The notes below the pieces were generated by a model that was not told the DNA's origin, did not search any database, and saw nothing but the letters and a program-made list of their open reading frames with translations. A program made the position numbers and the translations under genes. Source: Candidatus Omnitrophota bacterium (GTDB lineage: Bacteria > Omnitrophota > Gorgyraeia > Duberdicusellales > 4484-171). From it: DNA of 64,000 bases. How positions within the stretch are numbered: position 1 is the stretch's first letter; the number at the start of each line of letters is the position of its first letter. This document shows positions 63,903 through 64,000 of the stretch, one piece after another. The DNA lies in contig JBDRAN010000059.1 of NCBI GenBank assembly GCA_043823745.1, positions 9,105-73,104 on the forward strand, in the 5' to 3' direction.

Positions 63903-64000
63903 ATGAGAGGAGATCTGACAAAAAAGAGGATTTTTCTTCTGTGCGGGCATGCTCAATCAGGTAAAACGTCGGTTGTGGAAACACTACTTTTTAAGTGCGG
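63903..64000 (+). CDS. 5' fragment of a translational GTPase (EF-G-like); continues beyond the window
   Basis: G1 motif GHAQSGKTS in RIFLLCGHAQSGKTSVVETLLF. Confidence 0.5.
   Translation, partial: MRGDLTKKRIFLLCGHAQSGKTSVVETLLFKC

Overview
This 64-kb window looks like a gene-dense chromosomal segment from an anaerobic bacterium. The anaerobe call rests on rubredoxin, a flavodiiron protein, a ferredoxin-fused EtfAB pair, GTP-dependent PEPCK, PduO-type adenosyltransferase and many radical-SAM enzymes. I found no rRNA, tRNA or CRISPR. Five things stand out. (1) At 1.7-19.9 kb there is an aromatic type-II-PKS-like locus: KS-alpha, a Cys-less KS-beta/CLF-like partner, ACP, a PF04199 cyclase, an SRPBCC cyclase, an SDR ketoreductase and an MFS exporter. 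It is followed by a B12-binding radical SAM enzyme, an amidohydrolase-2 (decarboxylase-like), a class-IV aminotransferase/ADC-lyase-like protein, and a sugar-phosphate module (MtnA-like isomerase, class II aldolase-SCP2 fusion, DhnA/GriI-type class I aldolase, Zn-ADH, ALDH). (2) At 38-53.6 kb there is a candidate lipid or amino-acyl natural-product locus: two PilZ proteins, a CheY receiver, a FeeM/OlsB-like N-acyltransferase, a remnant PP-loop amidotransferase, three B12-binding radical SAM enzymes, a secreted FMN-binding protein, a ThiF-like E1, a tryptophanase-family PLP lyase, an MMPL/RND exporter, two outer-membrane proteins and a PlsC acyltransferase. (3) The SMC gene carries a 556-aa LAGLIDADG-type intein inserted in its Walker-A P-loop. 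(4) There are several unusual fusions: HypC-like domain with HydE-like radical SAM, Tpx peroxidase with pterin-4a-carbinolamine dehydratase, and ketopantoate-reductase-like domain with two TIGR04076-like domains. (5) There are several families of intergenic repeats: a ~95-bp nested-palindrome element in three copies, CCAACAGG-N3-CCTGTTGG hairpins, short-word clusters (ATTAGCG/CGCGAAT, GCGGAA, CACGT) and an ~80-bp element shared upstream of smc and queA. Standard genes recognised: pckG, purC, queA, trxB, etfAB, smc and a partial EF-G-like gene. All calls come from motif-level reading of the supplied translations and sequence; no database searches were run.
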